Assembly: GCA_021792255.1 (NCBI GenBank)
Contig: JAJYUZ010000003.1
Span: 160,001 to 224,000, forward strand
Direction of reading: 5' to 3'
DNA from: Thermoplasmata archaeon
GTDB lineage: Archaea; Thermoplasmatota; Thermoplasmata; Thermoplasmatales; GCA-001856825
DNA: 64,000 nucleotides
Position numbers and translations under genes: made by a program. This document shows, piece after piece, positions 48,189-58,108 of the stretch. The notes beneath the pieces are model-generated. The model made no database searches, was not told the origin of the DNA, and worked only from the letters and a program-made list of their open reading frames with translations. How positions within the stretch are numbered: the stretch's first letter is position 1; each line of letters opens with the position of its first letter.

Positions 48189-49345
48189 TTTTCTTTCCTG
48201 GCATAATTCTCTTTGACGGATATGAACCTTTTGTAAAACGCCAAATCATAAGCTATTTTTATTGCTCCTCCGACCACGAAGGAAAGTGAGCCTGCGGCGA
48301 TAGAAATCAAGTAGGAGGAGATGTACGGGCTGGCACCGTTAGATGCACTTCTGACGGCATTCGATACTCCTACAACGTAGCTCCTGTCATCTCCTTCCAC
48401 TACGCTATTGAGGTACGACTGTCTTGTCGGCACGTCCATCTGACTTAAACTCTGCCTCAGAAAGAGGAATAGAAGGGATAGTGATAGGGTAGGGACCAAC
48501 GGGATTAGAATCAAGAAGACGTTAGAAGGTAGGTGAGTGAAAACGATCGTTCTGACCAGACCTATTTTGGAAGCAATATATGGAGTCAACAGGACCGATA
48601 CGGCGGTTATTATATCGACAACCGTGAAAACGTACCCAAGCTGTGAAAGACTGAAGGAATATTTCTCGTGGAACCAGTATGCCATTAAGCTCTGCAGAAC
48701 AAATCCCCCGGCTATCGCATCGAGGGAGAAAAGGGCGCTTACATCCCTAGCAATGATTTTGCTCCTCTTCGTTACTGGAGCCTTTCTTACGCTCTTCTTC
48801 CCCTCAATGGACGGTATGAAGAAATACGAGCCTATCACCATAGCAGCAAACAACATCGAAAGCTCAAACGACAAATTCAATCCGAGGTTTAGTGCCAGAG
48901 CTCCTAGTGAAGCTGCGATGTAACCTCCAAAAGTGTAGCGTGCAAACAGTCTGTTTTTCTCTCTCTGATCCTCCTTGATCATTGCGATGATTGGTTGCTC
49001 GTATGCAGAAAAAAGAGTGTTATCAGATGGATTCACTCCAAGGGATCCGACTATTGCAAACAGTGCCTTTGATGCTGGATTGGTTGTGAGAAAGAGACCA
49101 GAAATTCCAATGAACAACAGCAAAGAAAAAACGATGAGGAAGACTCGAGAATAACCCGTACCAAATCTCGAAGTGATGAGAAAGGTGAAAAATGAATTAA
49201 CTATGATAGAGGCAGTTACCGCAATACCGGCTTCCAGAGGGGTTAGTCCACTCTCTATCAGATAGATTATTGTTATGACTGAGAACACTCCGTATATGAA
49301 GCCTCTAAGGGTTCTTGTCAGGAAGAGGAGATATCTCGAGTCCAT
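48185..49345 (-). CDS. MFS transporter
   Basis: 12 TMs; RTLRGF, EQPII, FSLDAIAGGF, VFTHLPSN, SQMDVPTRQSY. Confidence 0.9.
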   Translation of the reverse strand: MDSRYLLFLTRTLRGFIYGVFSVITIIYLIESGLTPLEAGIAVTASIIVNSFFTFLITSRFGTGYSRVFLIVFSLLLFIGISGLFLTTNPASKALFAIVGSLGVNPSDNTLFSAYEQPIIAMIKEDQREKNRLFARYTFGGYIAASLGALALNLGLNLSFELSMLFAAMVIGSYFFIPSIEGKKSVRKAPVTKRSKIIARDVSALFSLDAIAGGFVLQSLMAYWFHEKYSFSLSQLGYVFTVVDIITAVSVLLTPYIASKIGLVRTIVFTHLPSNVFLILIPLVPTLSLSLLFLFLRQSLSQMDVPTRQSYLNSVVEGDDRSYVVGVSNAVRSASNGASPYISSYLISIAAGSLSFVVGGAIKIAYDLAFYKRFISVKENYARKEK

Positions 49346-49438
49346 TATGTCAAAACGTTGCTCCTTCTAAATACCTTTTCACTCGAATTGGACGGATAGA
49401 ACAGTTTTATTCTTCTAAATCATACGGTAGCGATCGAT

Positions 49439-50770
49439 ATGAGCGGCGACCTATCAGAGTTGCTAAAAGAGTTGAAGATCCAAAGTACAGACGAACTTTT
49501 CAAGGACATTCCGGAATCAATCAGGACCAAGACACTTGGTCTCCCCAAAGGAATGGACGAAGACGAAGTCCGAAGAGTAGCAGGAGAGTATGCGGGAATG
49601 AACAAGACCGTAAACCAGTCACATTCATTTCTTGGTTTTGGTCTCTACAACCATTTCGTTCCAGCTGCTATCGCCAACGTGGTAAACAGGAATGAATTCT
49701 TGACTGCTTACACCCCATACCAAGCAGAAATATCGCAGGGGATAATGCAGGCTTTGTTCGAATATCAAAGCTTGGTCGCAGAACTACTGGAGATGGACGC
49801 AGTGAATTCGTCAATGTATGATGTCTCTACTTCCCTGGGAGAAGCCGCTAGAATGGCTAAGAACATTACAGGTAAGGATGAATTCATTGTGCCAAAGTAC
49901 ATAAGCAGGAACAAGCGCGCGGTTCTGGAGAATTATGCCAAAGGTGCTGAAATAAAGATCAAGGAAGTAAATTTAGATGAGAATGGAATGATCGATCTCA
50001 CCTCTCTTAGAAAGGAACTTACCGATGATACATGCGGGGTCTATGTAGAATATCCAAACATGTTTGGCATCATAGACACTAACGTCTCGAAGATAAAGGA
50101 AATAATCGGAGACGAGAGAATATTCGTTGCCGGAATTAATCCGATATCCCTTGGTGTGCTTGCCCCGCCAGGCAAATTCGGAGTCGATATCGCGATAGGA
50201 GAGGGTCAAGTTTTGGGACTCGGACTCAACTTTGGCGGACCGGTCGTAGGTATATTTGGAACCAAGGAACAATACATAAGGAAGATGCCTGGAAAAATCA
50301 TGGGAATTACCAAGGACCACAACGGAAAAGTCGCGTATTCGATGATTCTCCAGACAAGAGAGCAACACATTAGGAGAGAAAGAGCAGTCACGAATATGAC
50401 GAGCAATCAAGCGCTGATGGCTATAGCATCGGCAGTTTACCTCTCACTGCTTGGCGATTCAGGACTCAGAAAGATTGGCGAAGTAAACATGGGAAGAACG
50501 AAAGAACTAATCGAAATTGTGAACGAATTCGGTATAACCATGCCGTATCAGGCATCTCCCGTATTCAACGAATTCCTAATCAGATTGAATGAATCCAAAA
50601 CTTTCGTGGCAAGGATTGCCAAGAAATATAACCTCATACCGGGTTATATGCTCGGCAAAGAGTACGGATTCAACGATAGAAACAAGTCAAATATTGTAGT
50701 AAACGTCACAGAAAGAAACACCGATGACGACTTCAATGCATTCAGGGAATTCCTGAGGGAGGTGGCATAG
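49439..50770 (+). CDS. gcvPA: Glycine dehydrogenase subunit 1
   Basis: FLTAYTPYQAEISQG, NSSMYD, LQTREQHIRRERA. Confidence 0.96.
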   Translation: MSGDLSELLKELKIQSTDELFKDIPESIRTKTLGLPKGMDEDEVRRVAGEYAGMNKTVNQSHSFLGFGLYNHFVPAAIANVVNRNEFLTAYTPYQAEISQGIMQALFEYQSLVAELLEMDAVNSSMYDVSTSLGEAARMAKNITGKDEFIVPKYISRNKRAVLENYAKGAEIKIKEVNLDENGMIDLTSLRKELTDDTCGVYVEYPNMFGIIDTNVSKIKEIIGDERIFVAGINPISLGVLAPPGKFGVDIAIGEGQVLGLGLNFGGPVVGIFGTKEQYIRKMPGKIMGITKDHNGKVAYSMILQTREQHIRRERAVTNMTSNQALMAIASAVYLSLLGDSGLRKIGEVNMGRTKELIEIVNEFGITMPYQASPVFNEFLIRLNESKTFVARIAKKYNLIPGYMLGKEYGFNDRNKSNIVVNVTERNTDDDFNAFREFLREVA

Positions 50771-52243
50771 ATGTATCATCAGGCAATTTTCGATGAACCC
50801 AATATCCTTGACTTGAAGGGAAGAAGGACAATCAAAATTCCCCACGAGGATGAAAAATTCAAAATAGACGTACCAGCAATAATGAGAAGACAGACAACCG
50901 GAATTGGGGACAGGGAGGAATTTTCCATCATTAGACATTACGTAAAACTTTCCGAAATGAATTTTGGTGCGGATTCTGGGTTCTATCCTTTGGGTTCTTG
51001 TACGATGAAATATAACCCCAAAATAAATGACGAAATCGCGAGCCTTGAAGGATTTAGGATGATCCATCCTCTTCAGAGTAGCAACGAGGTACAAGGCGCA
51101 TTAAAGCTGCTTTACGAACTCACCGAATCGCTCAAAAAAATTACAGGGATGGATGCAATAACGCTACAGCCTCTTGCAGGGGCAAGCGGAGAATTTACAG
51201 GATTATCCATAGTAAGAGATTATTTCGAATGTACAAAACAAATCGATTGTCGGAGAGAGGTTGTAGTTCCAGATTCGGCTCACGGGTCTAATCCTGCTTC
51301 TTCTCGGATGGCGGGTTTCGATGTTGTCCAGATACCTTCTACCAGCGATGGTACTGTTGATATGCAAAAGTTCAAGGAAGCCGTAACGGAAAAAACGGCA
51401 GCGTTTATGATTACTAATCCAAATACTCTTGGAATTTTTGAGGACAAGATTGTGGAGATGGCTAACTACGCTCACTCTAGGGGAGCGCTCCTGTACTATG
51501 ACGGGGCGAATTTGAACGGAATCATGACGAAAACAACTCCCGCTAAAATGGGATTTGACATCGTTCATCTGAATCTCCACAAAACCTTCTCGACTCCCCA
51601 CGGAGGAGGTGGCCCAGGCGCTGGACCCGTCGGTGTTGTAGAGAAACTGAAGGATTTCTTGCCATATCCTCAGGTCACGTTTGATGGCACAAAATATCAC
51701 TGCGATTACATTCCGCCCAAAACAATAGGTAAGGTGGCTAGCTTCTACGGTAACTTCGGAGTATTGGTCAGGGCTTGGACGTACATCAAAATGATGGGAG
51801 AAGATGGACTCAGGGATGCCTGCGATACTGCGGTGCTAAACTCAAACTACATGCGAAAGAAAATGCAGGAGTTCATGCCAGTGCCGGGAAAGGCCATCAA
51901 GAAACACGAGTTTGTCGCATCTTCGATGGGAGCCAATATGCCAAAGGCAGGAGACATCGCGAAGCATCTGATCGACAATGGAGTCCATGCACCGACGATC
52001 TATTTCCCGCTCATAGTGCCAGAGGCCCTAATGATAGAACCGACGGAGAGCGCAACTAAGTCTGAAATGGATTTATTCATTGAGACGGTCAGACAGACCC
52101 TGAAGCTACCTCACGAGACTTTCGAAAAGGAACCCGTGAACTTGAAGGTGACTAGAATAGACGACGTCGATGCTTCAAAGAACCCGAGGCCGTCTCTAAG
52201 ACTCGTGAGGGAACAGAGAGAGCCTTTGCAACAGGTTATTTAA
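50771..52243 (+). CDS. gcvPB: Glycine dehydrogenase subunit 2
   Basis: YPLGSCTMKYNPK, SAHGSNPAS, HLNLHKTFSTPHGGGGPG, IEPTES. Confidence 0.96.
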   Translation: MYHQAIFDEPNILDLKGRRTIKIPHEDEKFKIDVPAIMRRQTTGIGDREEFSIIRHYVKLSEMNFGADSGFYPLGSCTMKYNPKINDEIASLEGFRMIHPLQSSNEVQGALKLLYELTESLKKITGMDAITLQPLAGASGEFTGLSIVRDYFECTKQIDCRREVVVPDSAHGSNPASSRMAGFDVVQIPSTSDGTVDMQKFKEAVTEKTAAFMITNPNTLGIFEDKIVEMANYAHSRGALLYYDGANLNGIMTKTTPAKMGFDIVHLNLHKTFSTPHGGGGPGAGPVGVVEKLKDFLPYPQVTFDGTKYHCDYIPPKTIGKVASFYGNFGVLVRAWTYIKMMGEDGLRDACDTAVLNSNYMRKKMQEFMPVPGKAIKKHEFVASSMGANMPKAGDIAKHLIDNGVHAPTIYFPLIVPEALMIEPTESATKSEMDLFIETVRQTLKLPHETFEKEPVNLKVTRIDDVDASKNPRPSLRLVREQREPLQQVI

Positions 52244-52264
52244 CTTCCCATCAATTCTCCCCCA

Positions 52265-52349
52265 GCGGGGGTTGCCGAGCTTGGCCAAAGGCGACAGACT
52301 CAAGATCTGTTCCTATAGGGGTTCGCCGGTTCAAATCCGGCCCTCCGCA
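52265..52349 (+). tRNA. tRNA-Leu(CAA)
   Basis: Acceptor GCGGGGG/CCTCCGC, anticodon arm ACAGA-CTCAAGA-TCTGT, long variable arm, T-arm GCCGG-TTCAAAT-CCGGC. Confidence 0.95.
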
Positions 52350-52701
52350 TTCTCTTGGGTGTGCTATCTGCTACTGTAAATATTTCCCCTTTTGAATATA
52401 AATACCCTTCGTTTTCCTTAGATTGTAGCTTGTGATGTCAATATGTAAACTTGTCCGTTTTCGAAATTGTAGCGTTTAAGAGATGACTAACAAAAAAGAA
52501 CTTAGAATAGAAAATACAAAAATTACTTGACCACTCTTTGCAAGCCATTTGAGTTTCTAAGCAAATCCAATATCATCCAAGGATTCTAGTCACCTACTAT
52601 TACAAATTTAAATTGAATCTCTCAGCCTTAATGAATTGAGAGCTTTCTAACGAAACTAAAAAAATTAATTAAAAAAAAAGATATTGATCATTGTTGCAGT
52701 T

Positions 52702-53271
52702 CTAAGATTTTTCTGGCAAGTAGTGTACTTTCCCAGTCTCATGAAACATATACTTATAAGAAAGGGCACCGAGAGAGCCACCAAGTATGGGCGCGACCCA
52801 ATAGATCCACTGATAATACTGACCCTTGAGGAGTATTCCAGATAAGACGGCCGGTCCAAACGACCGAGCTGGATTAATTGATCCACCGCTCACGGTCGCA
52901 AGCAGGAATATCATTATGGTGACGTATATACCAATAACGATTGATATAATGGCTGTATTGGTAGTTCTTGAAGTGACTCCCATAATTGTCCAAAGGAAGA
53001 AAAACGTCATTATGAACTCACCAAAGAATGCTACCCACGGACCCCTTATCCCGGGAATAGTTGCACCAAACTGAACAAGATTTGCAGTGTTATATCCATA
53101 AAATACTGCAACAGTCGCAGAAGCCAAGACAGCACCGATAAGCTGTGATACGATGTACGGAATAACGTGCTTGCCTGGGAATCTTCCGGCCAAATAGAGT
53201 GATACCGTCACAGCCGGATTAACGTGACCGCCTGATATGTTTGCTACGGCCATAATTGCTATGGCTATACC
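52702..53271 (-). pseudogene. Aquaporin (MIP family), 3' part of a gene interrupted by IS607
   Basis: GIAIAIMAVANISGGHVNPAVT ... GGSINPARSFGP ... WIYWVAP; the frame continues to the IS end. Confidence 0.92.
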
Positions 53272-53460
53272 GTTCTCAAAACATTATGCATTGTTGTGCA
53301 TAATATCGTTCGAAGCGTATACCATCTCGGTCCCTCCTGCTCCCGCAATATCAGGTTTATTGCGGGTGTGAAGGTATTCATCCATCACCGATGGTAAAGA
53401 GGCTATCGCACTCACGGTGAACGGGTCTCCGCACAGGTAGAGGCCACGGAGGGTTATTGC
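53272..53460 (-). ncRNA. Putative TnpB omega-RNA (reRNA) scaffold overlapping the tnpB 3' end
   Basis: Hairpins CCCGCAATA/TATTGCGGG (53342-53366) and ATTATGCA/TGCATAAT (53283-53304) next to the right end; 5' boundary is a guess. Confidence 0.6.
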
Positions 53461-54519
53461 CAGTGATGACAACCTGTCCCTGTCGTAGTCCTTACCACAG
53501 TTTTCGCATCTGGATATCTTCCAGGTAGGGTGCTTCAGTCTTCCACCACAAACGGGACATTCAGAAGAAGTCCCTCCCGGATTCACGTATAGGGTCTTGT
53601 ATTTACTCTTGTATTCTATCATCCTCTGGAACTGGGAATAGGGCCACCTGTTCAGATATGTTCTCATCTTCTTTGATTGTGGTCTTGAAGTTTTTCTTAT
53701 GTTCCTCAGGTCTTCAAGGACGAACGATGAGTCTTGGTGTTCTTTTACTATGGAAGAGGAGAGCTTGTGAAGGGCGTCGTTGATGCGTTTCCTCTGCCTT
53801 CCCCTAGTCTGCTTGAGTTTCACGATCCTCTTCCTCTTATTCCTTATGTGCTTCTGTAGTTTCCTTCTCCTCCTCGAGAAGTCGTTCTGTATTCCGACTA
53901 TGTTAGAGGTTGATTTTCTTATGACCTCCCTTATGCCTTTGTCATAGACCGTACCAATTGTGTTGGAGAAGTTCAGGTCCATTCCGATCTTCCTATTTGA
54001 TATCTCCCTGCTGTCGGGAATGGAGAAAGAGAGTGATATGACTCTGTCAGTGATGAGAACTTCTCCTATCCTGTGCTTCGAATACTCTTCCCACTTCTTA
54101 TTCTTGGTGTTGATTGGGATGAATTCGTATTCACCTGGCCTAATTGTTACCCTTATGCTACCGTCAACGATCTTCACAAGCTCTGAATCGAGTCTGATAG
54201 CGAGCCTGTTGACTTGAGGGTATTTCTTGTCACGATTGTTCTTTCTGAAGGATCGGAGAATGGCCGTGGAAGATCTGCACACCGGGTTGATGTGGTGCTT
54301 CGCATAGCCGTAATTGGAATCAAACCACGACTTCATCTCCCTCCTCAGGTCTATGGGGGAGGGTATAGTGCCATTATCCTTCCAGTGCAGGTAAGATTTC
54401 GTCACCCCATACCTAATGGCATCCCTCATGTCGCTGAGGTAATGCATTATGGCGGGTGAAGGTTCGTAGTACCACCATACCGTCCTCTTTGAACCAGAAG
54501 ACTTCCAGGGATGGGTCAA
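53284..54519 (-). CDS. tnpB: TnpB RNA-guided nuclease
   Basis: RuvC-I GMDLN, RuvC-II VLEDL, Zn finger CPVCG..CENCG, RuvC-III DRD; TTGA overlap with tnpA. Confidence 0.93.
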   Translation of the reverse strand: MTHPWKSSGSKRTVWWYYEPSPAIMHYLSDMRDAIRYGVTKSYLHWKDNGTIPSPIDLRREMKSWFDSNYGYAKHHINPVCRSSTAILRSFRKNNRDKKYPQVNRLAIRLDSELVKIVDGSIRVTIRPGEYEFIPINTKNKKWEEYSKHRIGEVLITDRVISLSFSIPDSREISNRKIGMDLNFSNTIGTVYDKGIREVIRKSTSNIVGIQNDFSRRRRKLQKHIRNKRKRIVKLKQTRGRQRKRINDALHKLSSSIVKEHQDSSFVLEDLRNIRKTSRPQSKKMRTYLNRWPYSQFQRMIEYKSKYKTLYVNPGGTSSECPVCGGRLKHPTWKISRCENCGKDYDRDRLSSLAITLRGLYLCGDPFTVSAIASLPSVMDEYLHTRNKPDIAGAGGTEMVYASNDIMHNNA

Positions 54520-55100
54520 GACTTCACCTCGTCCAATATCCTCTTCATCTTGTGGGATCTCAACCCGTACAACCTTGCGGAAAAGGATGTTATGACGGAT
54601 ATCAGGTCTTTCTTGAGCTCTTCATTCGCTGAAAGAATTTCCTCGCCATCTATTTCAATTATTTCCGTTCCATGAATTTCACACACCCTTTCTACGAGAT
54701 CGAAGCCGAAACGCGCCAGCCTGTCCTTGTGAGTTATGTAAATGGTTGAAACCTTATCGTTCTCGATCATGTCCAAGAGACTCAGGAAACCCTTGCGTCC
54801 AAACTTCATACCGCTTCTAACATCTGAAAAAACTTCCGATTCCCTTGAGAATTCCCTGAGCCTCTTTATCTGGGTGACGAGGTCTCCCTTCTGGTCGTTC
54901 GAGGAAACTCTTGCATAGATGTACGATTTCCTGTCTTTTTTCTTACCCAGGATCCTGTCTATTTCGCTCTCGGGTATCCTTCTGTATCTGTTCTGGAGCC
55001 TCACGCACCTGATCTTCCCTTCGTTGTCCCATCTCCGGAGTGTAAATGGGTTGACGCTTAACATCTCACTAGCCTCCCTGATTGTGTAGAGTTTTTCCAT
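54516..55100 (-). CDS. tnpA: IS607 transposase TnpA (MerR-type HTH + serine recombinase)
   Basis: TLRRWDNEGKI, YARVSSNDQKGDL, DRLARFGF, ITSFSARLYG; ATG 55100 preferred (track starts at 55121). Confidence 0.95.
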   Translation of the reverse strand: MEKLYTIREASEMLSVNPFTLRRWDNEGKIRCVRLQNRYRRIPESEIDRILGKKKDRKSYIYARVSSNDQKGDLVTQIKRLREFSRESEVFSDVRSGMKFGRKGFLSLLDMIENDKVSTIYITHKDRLARFGFDLVERVCEIHGTEIIEIDGEEILSANEELKKDLISVITSFSARLYGLRSHKMKRILDEVKS

Positions 55101-55155
55101 TGTGACAGTATAGTATTGCATAAAAGAGTATAAAGATTGCGATTAACGGTTAAAC

Positions 55156-55310
55156 CCCAGACCAAAGGTTGTTGCCAGGTAAAACAGGGTGGACGAATTC
55201 AGTGTTGTTTGAAATACAGCAATAAATGCTACGATGCTTCCGGGACCAAATAAGACAAAAATATAGGTACCTATCAATTCTGCTATGGATTTTCTTAATA
55301 AATTTTCCAA
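55156..55310 (-). pseudogene. Aquaporin 5' part (first 51 codons)
   Basis: TTG 55310: MENLLRKSIAELIGTYIFVLFGPGS...LATTFGL; joins the 3' part in frame. Confidence 0.9.
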
Positions 55311-55440
55311 GGGCCGGGATTTTTTGTAATTATATAAATCCTTGCGACTAAAAACAGGCTCTATGACATTATCGCGACAGTTCTTTGTGCGGGTGTCGTA
55401 GTTAGAACAGTTTATATAGACTCATTCTGTTTTACCTTCA

Positions 55441-55965
55441 ATGAACACTGAAGATAATTTGGGGGTTCTCATCGCCTCCTCAAGAAAAATTTCAGACAAT
55501 GGTTCTCTAGTGATCTATAACCTCACAAATGGAATCGATTTTTCCGATCCTAGAAAGGTCGCAGACGCCCTTGCAACAGTCTTCTTTGAGAAGGACGCAT
55601 CCAAATGGTTCAAGACAGAGGGAGATCATGTAGAGTTCAATCCAACGTACAAGGTTAGAATTCTCTTGGCGGAGGAACACAATAAACTTCTAGGTAAGAC
55701 CGTGACGGATTTTCTTGAAGATCTCAAGAGCAAGGAACTGAATCTGAAGTTTTCAAAACAAATTAAGGATATTTCGACCAATGAAGAAAAACTCAGGACG
55801 GTCGTAGGATTAGCTGCAATTGGCGCTTTCTTCAATAGACCATTCGAAAAGAAGGACGATAAGTTAGAGATTGAGGATCAACTTTTCACCGAACTGCTTG
55901 GATCAATGGAGATAAGGACGCCAGACAACTCGGATCTGATTGACTGGGAAAATCTTCCTATATGA
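55441..55965 (+). CDS. Hypothetical protein
   Basis: 174-aa ORF; TTTATATA about 25-30 nt upstream of the ATG (leaderless type). Confidence 0.75.
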   Translation: MNTEDNLGVLIASSRKISDNGSLVIYNLTNGIDFSDPRKVADALATVFFEKDASKWFKTEGDHVEFNPTYKVRILLAEEHNKLLGKTVTDFLEDLKSKELNLKFSKQIKDISTNEEKLRTVVGLAAIGAFFNRPFEKKDDKLEIEDQLFTELLGSMEIRTPDNSDLIDWENLPI

Positions 55966-56310
55966 AACCTTAGAGAATTCAATGCTGCTCTGAGGACAGT
56001 CTTTGTTCTCGCTGGTCGGACCATACAGCAAATGGATACGCCACATTTTTCTATCTCAACTTCAAAGATCTCACGGGAAGCATTGGATTATTGTCTACTT
56101 GACCTTCTCATCGCGCGAGGCGGATTTGCTTGGTATGTTTCCTCAAAATTGGAAGCGAGGCCCCGTCACTGACCGACCTCAAAAGTATGAATGTCAAGTG
56201 AGTTAATTTTGGAACAGTGGCTGGTTATGTAACTGCTTTAGAAGATATCTTGCGATATATGGAAAGAAGGAAGAACTGATCTGTCACTGGATTGAGAAGA
56301 TACTTTGGTG

Positions 56311-57303
56311 TCAGGTTCTTTCCAGTTTGAGCTTCCTGAGAGCAATTTCTTCATTTATCTGCTTCATCTGCTTCTCAGCCCTCTTGTGTGCGTCCATCAG
56401 CTCTTTGAGGGATTTCAAGTAGGCTAGTTTGTCTCTTACGTAGGCTGTTCTCTCGTTCAAGTATTCGTCAATGGTAACTCCGTCTTCCTTGACAGTATCG
56501 AGAATTTTTTCCATTGTAGGAACGGTCAGTCCGAGATTCATTAGTTCCTCAAAGTACCTTGAGATTTTGAGAAACTGATCGATGCTTAAGTCTCTCTTTC
56601 CGATCAGAGCAATCTGTGCTGAAATCTCTTGTATTTTAGCAACATCATAGTTAGAGTGCTTTAGACCCTCTATGACGTTCTTTATTGCGTTTTCGTCTTC
56701 CGATTCTCTGGGGAGTTCCCGTTTCAGGTAATTAGAAAATGCTAGTTGCCTTGAAAAGTTCTTGCCCTGTTCTTCTATGCTCTCTAGCTCATTTCTTACT
56801 TTTGATAATCTCTCACTCAATTCCAAATTCTGAATTTCCTTGCTCTTAATCTCCCTATTCAACTCTTTACCCCTTTCGACCATTTCTTCTATTGCCTTGG
56901 GAATTTCAACGTAGTCTATGTTATCGTACTTTGCCAGCTTCATCATCTTTTCAGCCGTTTTCACAAATTGGTCTCTCTTTTCTTCGCTCAGCGAATAAAT
57001 TTTGTTGACTATTCCGATGATCTTTTCCCTGTCCTTGTCTTTGAAAATGCCATAATATTGATACCCTTCAACTAAGTCGTGCGGCGTAATTTCCTTATCT
57101 CTAATGAGAAATGCTAGTTCCTTGAGCTCCTTTGCAATGTCGTTTCCCAAGTCCATATTGATGTACCCTTGTCTCCATTCTTCTATCACCTCCTCTACAG
57201 TACTCAGCGATATTTTCTCTTCAAGTGAAATGTCTTCTAACTTCCTGCCATTTATGAACTTGACTATAACTCTATTTTGAGCTTTGATCGGAACTGAACT
57301 CAT
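56311..57303 (-). CDS. Hypothetical protein with N-terminal HTH-like segment and long coiled coils
   Basis: GRKLEDISLEEKISLSTVEEVIEEW; E/K-rich heptad regions. Confidence 0.75.
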   Translation of the reverse strand: MSSVPIKAQNRVIVKFINGRKLEDISLEEKISLSTVEEVIEEWRQGYINMDLGNDIAKELKELAFLIRDKEITPHDLVEGYQYYGIFKDKDREKIIGIVNKIYSLSEEKRDQFVKTAEKMMKLAKYDNIDYVEIPKAIEEMVERGKELNREIKSKEIQNLELSERLSKVRNELESIEEQGKNFSRQLAFSNYLKRELPRESEDENAIKNVIEGLKHSNYDVAKIQEISAQIALIGKRDLSIDQFLKISRYFEELMNLGLTVPTMEKILDTVKEDGVTIDEYLNERTAYVRDKLAYLKSLKELMDAHKRAEKQMKQINEEIALRKLKLERT

Positions 57304-57441
57304 CTAGGTTTCAAGGAAAATCCAATATTTAACTGTTTTTTTAATCCCTTATCCTGTTTAACTGTGATGAAGATTTCCCCTTCATTTTTGGCCTTATCCG
57401 AAGAAATTATATCTCTAGAATCTTCTAAGATTGGTAGGTTA

Positions 57442-58062
57442 ATGGAAATTGATAGGCTGATAGTTGGACCTTTGCGAACCAACTGTTACATACTTAGCGA
57501 AGGAAGAGACTGTATCGTGATAGATCCAGGAGGAGATCACGACATTATTATAGGACATCTGCAGAAGAAGAATCTTACGCCTACAAAGATACTTGCAACC
57601 CACGGACACTTTGATCACATTCTATCAGTTTCTGCAATCAAGTTGAAATTTGACATACCTTTTTTTGTTTCCAAAAAGGATGAGCCAATCATAGAAGGAT
57701 TTAGGAAGTTCGTCAAGACTTATTTCGGTATGGATCCTGGAGATCCTCCAGTCCCAGACAAGGATATCAACAACGAAGATATCTTTAGGATTGGCAGCAA
57801 GTCCCTAAAGGCCGTTGAGAACCCTGGCCATACGCCTGGAAGCCATTCGTTTATGGTAGATAACGCAATGTTTTCAGGAGACTTCGTTTTCAATGGATCT
57901 ATAGGCAGAACCGATTTTGGAGGTTCGTACAGTGAAATGTCGAACAGTATCCGAAGCCTTAAGAAACTAGAGGGCGACGTGAACATCTATCCGGGCCATG
58001 GAGAGTTTACCACATTAGAGGACGAAAAAAATAATAATCCGTTTTTCAAGGAAATATTCTGA
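57442..58062 (+). CDS. MBL-fold metallo-hydrolase (glyoxalase II-like)
   Basis: THGHFDH, PGHTPGS, SGDFVF, IGRTD, PGHG; start ATG 57442 (track starts at 57364). Confidence 0.92.
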   Translation: MEIDRLIVGPLRTNCYILSEGRDCIVIDPGGDHDIIIGHLQKKNLTPTKILATHGHFDHILSVSAIKLKFDIPFFVSKKDEPIIEGFRKFVKTYFGMDPGDPPVPDKDINNEDIFRIGSKSLKAVENPGHTPGSHSFMVDNAMFSGDFVFNGSIGRTDFGGSYSEMSNSIRSLKKLEGDVNIYPGHGEFTTLEDEKNNNPFFKEIF

Positions 58063-58108
58063 TCTTCAACGGTCGCAGAAGCTTTGAAGGTTGATTTCCA
58101 CGACGTAA

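Larger units (their letters stand above)
53270..55155 (-). mobile_element. IS607-family insertion sequence (tnpA serine recombinase + tnpB), about 1.89 kb
   Basis: Ends defined by the interrupted aquaporin frame; GG core at both junctions (CTG-GG-GTTTAAC... and ...GAGAAC-GG-TATAG); no TIRs or longer TSD. Confidence 0.93.

Noticed and set aside
49439-52243. gcvPA/PB without gcvT/gcvH as a novel stand-alone system
   Set aside because: Glycine cleavage genes are commonly dispersed in archaea; the partners may lie outside the window.
53270-55155. IStron (group I intron-containing IS607) that could splice out of the aquaporin mRNA
   Set aside because: tnpA starts only about 35-55 nt from the left end, leaving no room for a group I intron core.
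55966-56310. Possible decayed membrane-protein gene / ORF 56003-56206
   Set aside because: Only fragmentary hydrophobic stretches across frames; no identifiable family.
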